Shown here: positions 17,864-27,701 of the stretch, in pieces
Layout: each line of letters begins with the position of its first letter
Position numbering within the stretch: the first letter of the stretch is position 1
NCBI GenBank assembly: GCA_046483495.1
Contig: JAWODC010000026.1
Span: 1 to 64,000 of the forward strand
Direction: 5' to 3'
DNA: 64,000 bases
Source: Desulfobacterales bacterium
GTDB lineage: Bacteria; Desulfobacterota; Desulfobacteria; Desulfobacterales; UBA5616
Notes under the pieces: model-generated
Seen by the model: only the letters and a program-made list of their open reading frames with translations
What the model was told of the DNA's origin: nothing
Databases searched by the model: none
Position numbers and translations under genes: made by a program

Positions 17864-18634
17864 ATGCCTGAAGAAGAAAATGGTATAGAAACGCTCGAGC
17901 GCGGAAACATCTATTTCATGTACCGTCCCAAAGTAGAAGAAGAAGATCCCCAGAACGTTTCGGACATTCAACGGATGTATATGATTCTAAGTCCGGAAGG
18001 GGAAGATCTTTTTCGGCTGGCGATTATCGGCCGCAAGCGTCTGCCCGACCCCGGTGAAAAAGGAAAAGCCCGGAACTGGGGTTTTGTGGACATGGTCCGC
18101 AATTCTCCGAAATCCATCCGAAATGCGCTGAGGGGAGAATCATATTCGACGAAAACCCGTGGTGAACGTCACACACCTGCCGCGCGTCCGTTGGGAGAGG
18201 GGGTTTACCGCATTCTTCGGCACAGCGGCCATACGCACCTGGTGTATGCCCTGGAGCTGCCCAAACAGCCGGGCGAAGCGCAGGAGGAGGTCCGGATCGA
18301 GGAAGAGGCCGGTTACGTCATAACCGTCAAAAACCCTGAAGTCGGTTCTCCGGTGTCTGCAGGTCTTTCGGAAGAGCGAAAAGCGGAGTATCCCAATTAC
18401 CTGCAGGAGAAATTCCGCGGCAGAAGATTCGCCGATGCGGACCCGCCCGCGTTTTTGGATAAAGAAGGAACCGAATTTCTGCTGGTTTCAGCTGAAGAGG
18501 ATGTCGAAGAGGAATTGGGCCTTGAATTGCACCCTCAGAAAGAGAGTGTAAATACAGCGGATATTTTTAACGAGCTTCGCCTGGACAAAAAGAGCCGTCC
18601 GGTAAAGCCGCTGTTCGAAGGGGAATGGGACTGA
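17864..18634 (+). CDS. Conserved hypothetical cytoplasmic protein
   Basis: RBS; globular-looking motifs 'GNIYFMYRPKV', 'GEGVYRI', 'HTHLVYALELP', 'VKNP'; first gene of a 4-gene operon. Confidence 0.75.
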   Translation: MPEEENGIETLERGNIYFMYRPKVEEEDPQNVSDIQRMYMILSPEGEDLFRLAIIGRKRLPDPGEKGKARNWGFVDMVRNSPKSIRNALRGESYSTKTRGERHTPAARPLGEGVYRILRHSGHTHLVYALELPKQPGEAQEEVRIEEEAGYVITVKNPEVGSPVSAGLSEERKAEYPNYLQEKFRGRRFADADPPAFLDKEGTEFLLVSAEEDVEEELGLELHPQKESVNTADIFNELRLDKKSRPVKPLFEGEWD

Positions 18635-18637
18635 CCC

Positions 18638-19459
18638 GTGTCGGGTAAAAGGAACACTGATATGTTCGAACCGGTTGCCGGGCATCCGGCTGAGAGTGCA
18701 TTGAAAGAGGAAATTGCGACGCTTGCCCCGTGGTTTCACAATCTTCACCTTCCTGACGGGACGCAAACGGCCCCGGATCACCGGCTGGGCGATTTTCCGG
18801 CGTTTAAGTGGGCCGAAATCGAACGCCATATTCCCCGGGACCTTACCGGCTGGTCCGTACTGGATATCGGATGCAATGCCGGATTCTATTCTTTCAAGCT
18901 GGCTTCCCGCGGTGCTGAAGTATTGGGAATAGACGCGAACCCGCATTACCTCAGGCAGGCACGATGGGCGTCGGATAAATTGGACCCCGACGGCCGGATT
19001 CAATTTGAAAAAATGCAGGTATACGAACTTGCCGGCCGCCGTGATGCATTCGATCTGGTGCTGTTTCTGGGAGTTTTTTATCATCTTCGGTATCCGCTTC
19101 TGGCATTGGACATCGTTTCGAGAAAGGTAAAGCGCCTGCTGGTTTTTCAGTCATTAACACTGCAGGGTGATGACGTCGATCCGGCACGCGCGGATTATGA
19201 CCTCGATGATCGGGATGAATTGCTTCAGCCGGGATGGCCGAAAATGTCTTTTATCGAAAACCGCTTTGCCCGGGACCCCACCAATTGGTGGGTACCGAAT
19301 CATGCCTGCATCAAGGCGCTCCTTCGCGCAAGCGGTTTTACCGTTTTCAACCGGCCGGGAAAAGAAATATACATAAGCCGGCCGGCGCCGCCGCCGGGGC
19401 CCTACGAAGCATTGTGGATCGAGGAGTATATGGCCGTTGTCGGGGAAAGGGCCGTCTAA
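18638..19459 (+). CDS. SAM-dependent methyltransferase, TIGR04290 (DUF1698/CmoB-like) family
   Basis: 'PWFHNLHLPDG', 'VLDIGCNAGFY', 'GVFYHLRYPL', 'DPTNWWVPN'. Confidence 0.85.
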   Translation: MSGKRNTDMFEPVAGHPAESALKEEIATLAPWFHNLHLPDGTQTAPDHRLGDFPAFKWAEIERHIPRDLTGWSVLDIGCNAGFYSFKLASRGAEVLGIDANPHYLRQARWASDKLDPDGRIQFEKMQVYELAGRRDAFDLVLFLGVFYHLRYPLLALDIVSRKVKRLLVFQSLTLQGDDVDPARADYDLDDRDELLQPGWPKMSFIENRFARDPTNWWVPNHACIKALLRASGFTVFNRPGKEIYISRPAPPPGPYEALWIEEYMAVVGERAV

Positions 19460-19480
19460 ATTCCGCTCCGGTAAAATTGC

Positions 19481-20572
19481 ATGACTGACCTTTTGCAAGC
19501 GCAAAACATTCTCGTCTGCCTCAGGTGGGGCATCGGCGATATGGTGATGGAAATGCCGGCATTGGATGCGCTGCGCAATCGGCTGCCGAAGGCCGGAATC
19601 ACCGGAATCGGCGCTTTTCCTGCAACGGAGCTGATGGAAGGCGACGTTCGACTGGATGCTTGCCGCACTTACCAGGAGTTTGGCATCGGTCATTGGGGGG
19701 ATGAAGGATCCGCTGCAAAAAGAGAAGGTTTCGGAAACTGGCTGCGCCGCATGCGGTTCGATGCCGTTTTGGATCCTTCGCATGCGCCTTTAGCTATCGG
19801 TCGTGCTGTTTGGGAGAATAAGGGAAGAATTTTCGATGCCGGCCAGGCCTGGCCCGATCCGGTGCTGCAGGGCGGCGGAAGCTGCATCGAATCGGTAAAT
19901 TTCGCGGTGCGCCGGGGATGGGGCATTCCGGTGCCGGGAAACCCGAATCCCAAAATCCGGTTGGCCCATGAATGGGAAAGGCGGGCAAACGATTTTTTTG
20001 AAAAGCATTTTCCCGACGGGGATATGGTGGTGGCCTTATCGCCGGTCGCGTCGTCTTTTCTGAAGACGTGGCCGATCGATAATTATCGGCGGCTTTGCCA
20101 TTATCTGGGGGAAAACGGCGTGAACCGGCTCGTTTTCTGCGGTCCTTCCGGACCGCACCCGAATGATTTTCTGATTGAAAATGCCGGTAATGGGAAGATC
20201 GCGTTTGTGAAAGACGTCCATCTGTTGTATACGGCTTCCCTTCTGGGCGGATGCCGTCTTCTCGTCTGCAACGATACGGGACTTATGCACGTGTCGGCTG
20301 CAGTCGGAACACCGGTGGTCGGGATTTTCGGCCCCACCGATCCTCGCGTGTACCTGCCGCGTGATCCGCCTTCTTCTGCCGTAGCGCCGCCGGAGACGGA
20401 ATGCCGGTTTCGCCGTACCTGCACGATCGGCCCTGCACCATGCGTGCTGCACCAGCGGTGTCTTGCCGGTCACAAGCCCTGTATCGCCGGCATTCCGCTC
20501 GAGGATGTTATTGCCGCCGTCGAAACATTCACCGGCGCGGTTTTGCCGCCACCTGAAAGGCATATTCCATGA
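19481..20572 (+). CDS. Glycosyltransferase family 9 (heptosyltransferase-like)
   Basis: 'GIGDMVM', 'KTWP', 'CNDTGLMHVSAAVGTPVVGIFGPT'; Cys-rich C-terminus. Confidence 0.87.
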   Translation: MTDLLQAQNILVCLRWGIGDMVMEMPALDALRNRLPKAGITGIGAFPATELMEGDVRLDACRTYQEFGIGHWGDEGSAAKREGFGNWLRRMRFDAVLDPSHAPLAIGRAVWENKGRIFDAGQAWPDPVLQGGGSCIESVNFAVRRGWGIPVPGNPNPKIRLAHEWERRANDFFEKHFPDGDMVVALSPVASSFLKTWPIDNYRRLCHYLGENGVNRLVFCGPSGPHPNDFLIENAGNGKIAFVKDVHLLYTASLLGGCRLLVCNDTGLMHVSAAVGTPVVGIFGPTDPRVYLPRDPPSSAVAPPETECRFRRTCTIGPAPCVLHQRCLAGHKPCIAGIPLEDVIAAVETFTGAVLPPPERHIP

Positions 20573-21327
20573 TGTCGAAAAACGGCAGAATACAGGGCCG
20601 GTCCGCCTGCCGCGTTCTCGATCTCGATGAAATGCAGGAACCGTTTTTTCGAAAGGTTCTTCAAGATCTGGAACACTTGGTATCACTTGAATCCGTATCC
20701 TACCTGCATCCAAGCAAACAGTGGGAGTATCCGTGGGCAATGGAACAGTCTTGCCTGACCGCCGGAAGCCGCGTTCTGGATGCCGGCTGCGGCGCATCCA
20801 TTTTCCCGATTTATCTCGCGCACGAAGCGTTCCGGGTATCCGCCGTCGACCTGAATCCTCCTGCCGGTCTTGACGAAAGGCACGGGGTTCGTGTGAATTA
20901 TGCCGTGGGGGACATGACCCGGCTGCCCTGGAAAAACGACGTGTTCGATGCCGTGTTCTGCATTTCCGTAATCGAACACCTCGACGTGATGAATATGCCC
21001 GCCGCGCTGCAGGAAATCCGGCGTGTACTGAAAGAAAACGGAAGGCTGCTGTTGACGACCGACTTTTTCGCTGACCGCAATGCGAAACTCCGGTATGAAG
21101 GGCCGGGTGAAGCGTTCGATGTGGACTGGAACTTCTTTGACCCGAAAATGTTGGAGGAAGTCGTTCTGAATGCCCCGGGGTTTACGGTTTGCGGATCGGT
21201 AAGCATCGATGTGGACTGGACATCGGTCCGTCGACAAATGCGGCGTTTCCACGGGTATCCCTATACTTCGGTGGGTGTAGCCCTGTCAAAAACGCCGGAT
21301 GGACCCGATTCGGTCACTGGGCGATAA
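20569..21327 (+). CDS. Class I SAM-dependent methyltransferase
   Basis: 'WEYPW', 'VLDAGCGAS', 'FDAVFCISVIEH', 'LKENGRLLLT'; ATGA-coupled to GT9. Confidence 0.87.
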   Translation: MMSKNGRIQGRSACRVLDLDEMQEPFFRKVLQDLEHLVSLESVSYLHPSKQWEYPWAMEQSCLTAGSRVLDAGCGASIFPIYLAHEAFRVSAVDLNPPAGLDERHGVRVNYAVGDMTRLPWKNDVFDAVFCISVIEHLDVMNMPAALQEIRRVLKENGRLLLTTDFFADRNAKLRYEGPGEAFDVDWNFFDPKMLEEVVLNAPGFTVCGSVSIDVDWTSVRRQMRRFHGYPYTSVGVALSKTPDGPDSVTGR

Positions 21328-22030
21328 TCAATTCGCGGATAGTCGTATTCCCGAAAACAAGATACATTTCCGTGACGATTTTCGATCGGAGATACACTAT
21401 TTTGTTGTCTGACCATCCCGTTTCCAGATCAAGGCGAATGCTCGCATCACCGAGATCTATTCGGGACTCGTACCAAATCAGGATTCCTTCGATTGTATTC
21501 ACCGGTGATTCAAAATGCGCTCGACCCAAGCCGTCGATGACAGAAGAAAAACCCCCCGAATGGATTTTTTCCCCGGAATCCAGGTTGTAAACCTCCGCCC
21601 GTCCGGAAATCCGGATGTATCGGCCGGGTTGGATATAAGGAGGTATCAACTCGATAGACGGGGCGAATCGAATCGATCGGTTTCGTTCGAGCAGGTCTAT
21701 GCGTGCGACATGGACGGCGCCTTCCGAGGTGCGGTATAGGTCCATGCGATAAAGCCCCTGAAATTCCATTCTCCATTTGTTCGGCGAATCGTTCGAACGC
21801 TTCAAAGCCATTTGAATTTTTTTGCCGGCGCCTTTTCCGGAACGAATCAGGAAGACGGCCGACTTGGCATCGAGCGATACCAGATCACTGGATGCCAGGC
21901 TTTCCGGTTTATCCGCGGCATTTTGTTTGTCGGGTGTCTTTGCCGTTGCAGCTGTTGGTTCACCAATGCCTACGGCCGTCATAATAATTATCACCACCAG
22001 AAGAAGGCTTTCGCCATGACGTTTTTTCAT
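21314..22030 (-). CDS. Secreted hypothetical protein (beta-rich)
   Basis: AGGAG RBS; signal peptide; no recognised motif. Confidence 0.65.
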   Translation of the reverse strand: MKKRHGESLLLVVIIIMTAVGIGEPTAATAKTPDKQNAADKPESLASSDLVSLDAKSAVFLIRSGKGAGKKIQMALKRSNDSPNKWRMEFQGLYRMDLYRTSEGAVHVARIDLLERNRSIRFAPSIELIPPYIQPGRYIRISGRAEVYNLDSGEKIHSGGFSSVIDGLGRAHFESPVNTIEGILIWYESRIDLGDASIRLDLETGWSDNKIVYLRSKIVTEMYLVFGNTTIRELIIAQ

Positions 22031-22394
22031 TCCTGCTCCTTTCGTCGGTTAGTTTCCATTCGGAAACGGAATCTTCGGCCTTCCGGGTATGGCCGACCAT
22101 GGGAACACGTCGAAGTGAAACCGATGTCGATGTCGGAAATCATCGGTATTGCCCGTTATGTTTATGGTATGGAATGAATCGGCTCACCGGCTATTGGGGA
22201 AAACCCGTATCACCGCCCTTAAAAGGATTTAAACACGCTTCGAATACACTGCAAATTACAGGGTTCGACCTATGTTACATTTGTCTTTCTTTTAATATCA
22301 TCAGTATCGTTACACGTCTTATCATGGAAAAAAGGACCCCCAAGCCGGGGTATCCGGTGGTGTCAAGAGATAATGTTTAAAGAAGGGAGACGAA

Positions 22395-22688
22395 ATGCGC
22401 GTCGGAACGGAAGACCAGGTGGACCTGAAACGGCTTTGGGAGCTTGCCAAAGAAGGGAAATCCGCTCAGGAGATGATGAAGACGCTTAATCTTCGGGACA
22501 TGGAATCCCTGAAGCGGTCTCTGGATAAACTTTTCAGGGAAAAAGGGGAAACGGTTCATGTGCCCGGATTGATCGGGCGCGCATCGGTGGAAGGGAAACA
22601 CACCCGCAGCGGCGCCCGTATCGACCCGCAGATGATGGGAAAGCCCGATCTCGGGCCGGAGGACCAGCCCGACCGGAAAGAAGAGTGA
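22395..22688 (+). CDS. Small hypothetical protein, possible DNA-binding (HTH-like N-terminus)
   Basis: GGGAG RBS; 'LWELAKEGKSAQEMMKTL…VPGL'. Confidence 0.6.
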   Translation: MRVGTEDQVDLKRLWELAKEGKSAQEMMKTLNLRDMESLKRSLDKLFREKGETVHVPGLIGRASVEGKHTRSGARIDPQMMGKPDLGPEDQPDRKEE

Positions 22689-22728
22689 TATACGGCATTG
22701 CCGGTTTTACCGCTTTGCTGATTCGGTG

Positions 22729-23349
22729 TTAAAAGTATTGCGGCAGCATGGAAGCCAAATCGCCGGTACAATTGATGCACAACACCTCGGGCCCGTAATC
22801 CCTCACGGATATGATGCTCACGGAAGCGGGATCGATATGCAGCCGAAGCATAAAGTCAATCGGGATACCGGCAAAATAGGAAACGGCCGCCTTGATCACG
22901 TCTGCGTGACTGACCAATGCCAGCGCTTTGCCGGGGTATGCCTCCACCCATTCCAGCATCTTTGTGACTACACGGTTTTGAACCTCGGCGGCATATTCGC
23001 CGCCGGGAATTCCGGTGCCGCTTCGAAAGGTGTTGAATCGCCGCCACCGGGCATCCTCCTTCAATTCATCGAATCGCAACCCGGTCCAATCTCCGGTGGC
23101 GATTTCGTTTAGGGCTTCACTGATGACGGGGTTAAGGCGCTGCGGTTCGGCAATGGCCGATGCGGTTTCCACGGTCCGCTCGAGCGGACCGGTGAATACG
23201 GCGGCCAATTCGACCCCCTGGATCATCGTGGACAACCGACCGACCTGACGATTGCCTCTCGTATTCAAGTGAAAACCTTCGCGCCGTCCGGCCAGCATGT
23301 TGCCGACCGCATCCGTATCCCCGTGCCGTATCATGAGAAACACTGTCAT
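22729..23349 (-). CDS. Histidine phosphatase (phosphoglycerate mutase-like)
   Basis: RHG motif, 'LNEIATGDWTG', 'VSHAD'. Confidence 0.9.
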   Translation of the reverse strand: MTVFLMIRHGDTDAVGNMLAGRREGFHLNTRGNRQVGRLSTMIQGVELAAVFTGPLERTVETASAIAEPQRLNPVISEALNEIATGDWTGLRFDELKEDARWRRFNTFRSGTGIPGGEYAAEVQNRVVTKMLEWVEAYPGKALALVSHADVIKAAVSYFAGIPIDFMLRLHIDPASVSIISVRDYGPEVLCINCTGDLASMLPQYF

Positions 23350-23350
23350 T

Positions 23351-24301
23351 TCATTGTCTCCATGGGCTGTTGGGATGTCTTATTAATGTGGAAGGCGGAA
23401 CCCGCTGATCGGCGCTTTCTTTGTCTATTACGTAACGGGAAATCACTTCGGCGGCAAAATCCGCAAATTCCGAGGGGTTTATCGGGGGGCTGGTATGGCA
23501 GTCCCGCAGTCCGCGGGAAGGCGGTGTAAAGCAAAGTGTCAGTGTGGTGTCGAACTCCTCCAGCGCCGCCATCTGGCGGTCAAACCATGCCATGGCATTG
23601 GGACGGTGCCAATCCGCCCAACTGATGCCGGTTCGTAATTTTTTGACGCCGAGCCGCTTGAGCCAATTAATAATGAAATCGATTCGGTCATCCTCGAAGT
23701 GAAGCCATTGGCAGATGCCCATGCGTGGATCGAAATGGTCGATGGCCGGCTTGGGCGTCCCGTCCGCCCGGATCAATCCCATGTAATAATGCCGGTAGTA
23801 TGAACTGCCTTCGCTTTCTTTATGCCGGGTTGTTGCTTCCCAGGCGGGCGGCAGATCGAGCAGGCTGTACCAGTAGACCCGATCGACCCGGTCCAGCAGC
23901 AGCTCCGTAGTACGTTTGATGCCGAACACCTGAACTTCATCCGCACCGAATGAGGAAACGCCGACTTCGGTTACCCAGACGGGCCGTTTGGCAACGGCTT
24001 CGATCTCCGCCACTTTTTGAGGCCATTCATCGATGCGCCAATGGTTCCAGTCGAGTGGGAATCCGTGAACGGCAACGGCATCGAGAAGCGAAAGTAATCC
24101 GTACCCGTTCAGCAGGCGCATAAAATTGGGGTCAATGGGAGAAATGCCGCCAAGCACAAGCAGAAGATTCGGCGCGATTTCCCGCACCCGCCGGACCGCC
24201 TTCATCGTCATTTCCGAATATATTCGCCATTCCGGATCCATGAGAAAATCCCAATGGGATAAGTTGTTGGGTTCGTTCCAGAATTTGACAGCTTCAATCA
24301 T
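23351..24301 (-). CDS. Clan GH-A glycoside hydrolase ('beta-xylosidase'-like), apparently circularly permuted
   Basis: WNEP at residues 8-11; VWVTEVG (E112); RVYWYSL; GLIRADGTPKPA mid-protein; GGAGG RBS. Confidence 0.8.
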   Translation of the reverse strand: MIEAVKFWNEPNNLSHWDFLMDPEWRIYSEMTMKAVRRVREIAPNLLLVLGGISPIDPNFMRLLNGYGLLSLLDAVAVHGFPLDWNHWRIDEWPQKVAEIEAVAKRPVWVTEVGVSSFGADEVQVFGIKRTTELLLDRVDRVYWYSLLDLPPAWEATTRHKESEGSSYYRHYYMGLIRADGTPKPAIDHFDPRMGICQWLHFEDDRIDFIINWLKRLGVKKLRTGISWADWHRPNAMAWFDRQMAALEEFDTTLTLCFTPPSRGLRDCHTSPPINPSEFADFAAEVISRYVIDKESADQRVPPSTLIRHPNSPWRQ

Positions 24302-24329
24302 TCATTCCTCCAGGTTTTGAAAAGTATTT

Positions 24330-25403
24330 TCATCCGGCGACCGTGTCGATGTACGACTCGAGTTCCGACACCCGACGCTCGGTTGAATGGTCCCGTAAAA
24401 CCCTGAGAAACGCCCGGTGTCCGATACGGATGCGCTCTTCTTCGGCCGTCGAGCGAAGGAGATCGACCGTTTCATCGGCGGAACGGCTGACCAGTATTTC
24501 CTCTCCGATTTTAAAAAATGTATCCAGGCCCTCCCAATAATCACTGATTACCGGTACGGAACAGGCCCCTGCTTCGAAAAGGCGAACGCTCGGAGAATAT
24601 CCGGTCTGCACCATATCGGCCCGGGTGACGTTTAATGTGTACCGCAGCGAACGGTAGAACCGGCGGTGGTCGGCCGGATTCAAATGGTCCAATCGCCGGA
24701 TGTTTCCCGGCCAATTGATCGTATCCGGATACTGGGGACCGGCTATGGTGAACCGGCCTTGAGGCCATGATCGGGCGGGTTCGAGAAACAGCCGGTCGAG
24801 TACCGGCTGTCGATCCGGGCTGTAGGTTCCCATGTAACCGAAATCGTATTCGGGTTCCAGGGTTTCCGGGTAATATGTGTCAAGGTCCACCGAACAGTAA
24901 AGGGGGCGTGCCATCGGCGAGCCGTATTCGGATTCGATCATGTCCGGTACCGGGCCGCCGGTGAAGGATAGATACAGGTGAAACGCCGGTATTATGTCCG
25001 GATGAAGGTACTCGTAATCCCCTTTCCGGAGTTTGGCCAGAGTCACGGGCGTATCGATATCGTAAAACGCGACAGGCCCCCGTGCCCGATGAAGCACCCG
25101 TCGGCTTACATCCACGCCCTGGGGTACATATGATCCGATGATGACGACATCGGCGTGTTCGATTTCGGATGCAAAACGATCTTCAAGATCTTCGATACTT
25201 CGGTAAAGCCCCACTCGCCCGTAGGGCCAATCGAGAAGGTCACGATTTTCGGCATACCACGGCACCTCGCGCTCCAAAAAAAGAACGTGGTGACCGCGGC
25301 GCGCAAGTTCACGCACCAAAGCCCGGTAGGTGACGGCATGTCCATTCCCCCAGGAGGATGTTATCGAGAGCCCGAGAATCACAAGGTCAAGCTGATGTTT
25401 CAA
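24330..25403 (-). CDS. CgeB-like glycosyltransferase
   Basis: 'SSWGNGHAVTYRAL', 'YDIDTPVT', 'SPSVRLFEAGAC'; probable TTG start at 25403. Confidence 0.85.
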   Translation of the reverse strand: MKHQLDLVILGLSITSSWGNGHAVTYRALVRELARRGHHVLFLEREVPWYAENRDLLDWPYGRVGLYRSIEDLEDRFASEIEHADVVIIGSYVPQGVDVSRRVLHRARGPVAFYDIDTPVTLAKLRKGDYEYLHPDIIPAFHLYLSFTGGPVPDMIESEYGSPMARPLYCSVDLDTYYPETLEPEYDFGYMGTYSPDRQPVLDRLFLEPARSWPQGRFTIAGPQYPDTINWPGNIRRLDHLNPADHRRFYRSLRYTLNVTRADMVQTGYSPSVRLFEAGACSVPVISDYWEGLDTFFKIGEEILVSRSADETVDLLRSTAEEERIRIGHRAFLRVLRDHSTERRVSELESYIDTVAG

Positions 25404-25416
25404 TCCAGATCCTTTA

Positions 25417-26508
25417 TTAGAGCAAGAGGTCATAAAAAATCGTTTCAACCTGTACCGCGCGGCGGTCATACGTGTGGGATCCAAGAACCCTCGATTGGGC
25501 CGCACGACCGATATCCCGGGCTTTTTCCGGGGTCAACGTTTGGAGATGCTCAATCACTTCCCGGGCATTTTTCGCTGTCAGGCATTCCCGGTTCGGCTCG
25601 AGAAAGCGATCGATGCCTTTCCAGTCATCGATAATCAGGCATGCCGCGGCACCGGCGGCTTCGAAGATGCGGGTCGGGGGAGAAAATCCATTCCGGGCCA
25701 TACTTTCCCGGTTGATGTTCAAAACCGCGTGCGGGGTGCAATTGAATGCATTGTGATCCCGTGTGTAAACATGTCCGACATAGGTGATATTGGACAGATC
25801 CGCGGTATCCGCCGCCCACCCGTTTCCCCCGAGCAGAAATCGGTGCTCTCGAAGCTGTTTTGCGGGTGCAAAAAAGAATTCTTTAACCCGCATTTCCCGA
25901 TCCGGCATTCGGTTGCCCATGAAGCCCAGGAGTGCGTTGAAGCGGTGATCCGGCCCGACGCGGAAATGAAGTTGAGGGTCCAGTGCATTGTATACCGGGA
26001 CGCAGTCACGCGCACCCAATTTGCAGTAAGTGTTTACAACCGGTTCGCCGCCGCCGTATGTCAGGATCAGGTCATACCCGGACAGCAGACGTCGAAACGG
26101 GTCGTCGGCATCCCGCTGTATCCGGTCAAGGGTGGCGGGTGCATCCACATCCCAGAAGATAACGGCGTTTTCGGGGGTTTTCAGCGAAAGGACCGCCTCC
26201 TCGAGCAATTGATCGAATACGCCGACCCCGCTGGTTTTGATGATAACGTCGGCATGCCGGCTTTCCTTAAGGGTGCTCAAGACATCCTGCTCGGAGTTTG
26301 CCGGGTACACCACGCTTCGGGCATACGGCGGATCGGGTATGTCCCTGTGTGCCTGCCGGTCGTAGGCATCCGGCTCGAAGAACGTGATGCGGTGTCCTCT
26401 CCGGTGAAGGGAGGATATCAGACCGCGATAATAGGTGGCGGCGCCGTTCCAGTATGCGGACACGAGACTTGAACCGAAAAAAGCGATGGACAGCAGGCGT
26501 TTGGGCAT
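25417..26508 (-). CDS. CgeB-like glycosyltransferase
   Basis: 'SAYWNGAATYYRGL', 'WDVDAPATL', 'SPPTRIFEAAGA'; GAGGAG RBS before ATG 26508. Confidence 0.85.
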   Translation of the reverse strand: MPKRLLSIAFFGSSLVSAYWNGAATYYRGLISSLHRRGHRITFFEPDAYDRQAHRDIPDPPYARSVVYPANSEQDVLSTLKESRHADVIIKTSGVGVFDQLLEEAVLSLKTPENAVIFWDVDAPATLDRIQRDADDPFRRLLSGYDLILTYGGGEPVVNTYCKLGARDCVPVYNALDPQLHFRVGPDHRFNALLGFMGNRMPDREMRVKEFFFAPAKQLREHRFLLGGNGWAADTADLSNITYVGHVYTRDHNAFNCTPHAVLNINRESMARNGFSPPTRIFEAAGAAACLIIDDWKGIDRFLEPNRECLTAKNAREVIEHLQTLTPEKARDIGRAAQSRVLGSHTYDRRAVQVETIFYDLLL

Positions 26509-26543
26509 AAGCTTCTCCTCTTCGAGTAATCGTAACGCCGGGG

Positions 26544-27698
26544 TCAACACGGCGGTATTCCCACAGTGCTTCTCGCGTGGTTCTCGTATCCCTGTTCGAT
26601 CACACCGGCATAGAGTTCCAGATAGTTTTCGGCCATTCGGCGGATAGAAAAATATTCGGCACGTCGACGGCAGCTTGCCGCCACTCTTCGGCGCAGTGAT
26701 TCATCCGACAAAAGGGTAAGCAGCACATGCTCGAGATGATTCGAATCTTCCGGCGCAACAAAAACCGCCGCATCGCCCCAAATTTCGCGAAGCGACGGGA
26801 TATCACCGAGAACCAGCGCACATCCGGCCATAGCCGCCTCCAGGGCGCAAAGCCCGAATGGTTCATAGCGCGCAGGCAGAACGAATATAGCGGACTGTGC
26901 GAGCTGCTTGCCGAGCTCTGGCGGCGACAGCTTGCCCAGCATTCGAATGCCGTCCATCTGTGTGCAGCCGCCCGACGGGTGCCGGGTATCCCCGGCTACG
27001 AGTACGGGGCAGGGCAGCTGATGGGCGATGCGGGCGAGCAGTCCGATGTTTTTGGCCTCATCCCATATGCGGCCGGCGGCGAATATCACTTTTTTTTTTC
27101 GTCCCGGCCTGAAATGGTTACCGCTTCTGGCATTGTAAATCGGATCACGGGCGGCAAAAGGACCATAGAGGCATTTCAACGTTTCCAGCATGACACGACT
27201 GGGCGCCGTTACGGCATCGACGTTTTTCAATCCTGTTGTGATCGCTGATCGATAATCGGCCCATTTATGCTCGGGGGGCTGCCGTCCTTTTACGGCGTGA
27301 AACCAGGAATAGACACATGAATGGGCGACGATCAGCACCGGTGCCCGAAAGGGGAGTGCACCATGTGCGAATCCGTTGAGGTGAACCAAATCGGGACGAA
27401 TCCGCTTCTCGATCATGAGAAGCCATTTGCCGGCGGACGTTACGTCCTGCCAGGGCCTTTCCATCCATTCCAGTTTGAATCGGCTTTCAAAAAGAGTGAT
27501 ATTGGGGATGCTGCGAATCTGCTGTTTCTGTATCGGATCCGGGAGCTGGCCCATTGTGGCGAGCGCCACTTCAATGCCGTATGGAGCGAGCGCCTCAGCC
27601 AGCTCGAGGGCATAGGTCCAGACGCCTCCGATGGTATCTGCGGTCATGAGGATGCGGTCGATGCTCATTTTTAATCCCGGTGCGATTGGCTGTTCCAT
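26544..27698 (-). CDS. Glycosyltransferase family 4
   Basis: 'MTADTIGGVWTY', 'GRIWDEAKN', 'YEPFGLCALEA'. Confidence 0.88.
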   Translation of the reverse strand: MEQPIAPGLKMSIDRILMTADTIGGVWTYALELAEALAPYGIEVALATMGQLPDPIQKQQIRSIPNITLFESRFKLEWMERPWQDVTSAGKWLLMIEKRIRPDLVHLNGFAHGALPFRAPVLIVAHSCVYSWFHAVKGRQPPEHKWADYRSAITTGLKNVDAVTAPSRVMLETLKCLYGPFAARDPIYNARSGNHFRPGRKKKVIFAAGRIWDEAKNIGLLARIAHQLPCPVLVAGDTRHPSGGCTQMDGIRMLGKLSPPELGKQLAQSAIFVLPARYEPFGLCALEAAMAGCALVLGDIPSLREIWGDAAVFVAPEDSNHLEHVLLTLLSDESLRRRVAASCRRRAEYFSIRRMAENYLELYAGVIEQGYENHARSTVGIPPC

Positions 27699-27701
27699 GT
27701 T

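Noticed and set aside
25474..26472. 332-aa plus-strand ORF
   Set aside because: Antisense shadow of a CgeB-like GT
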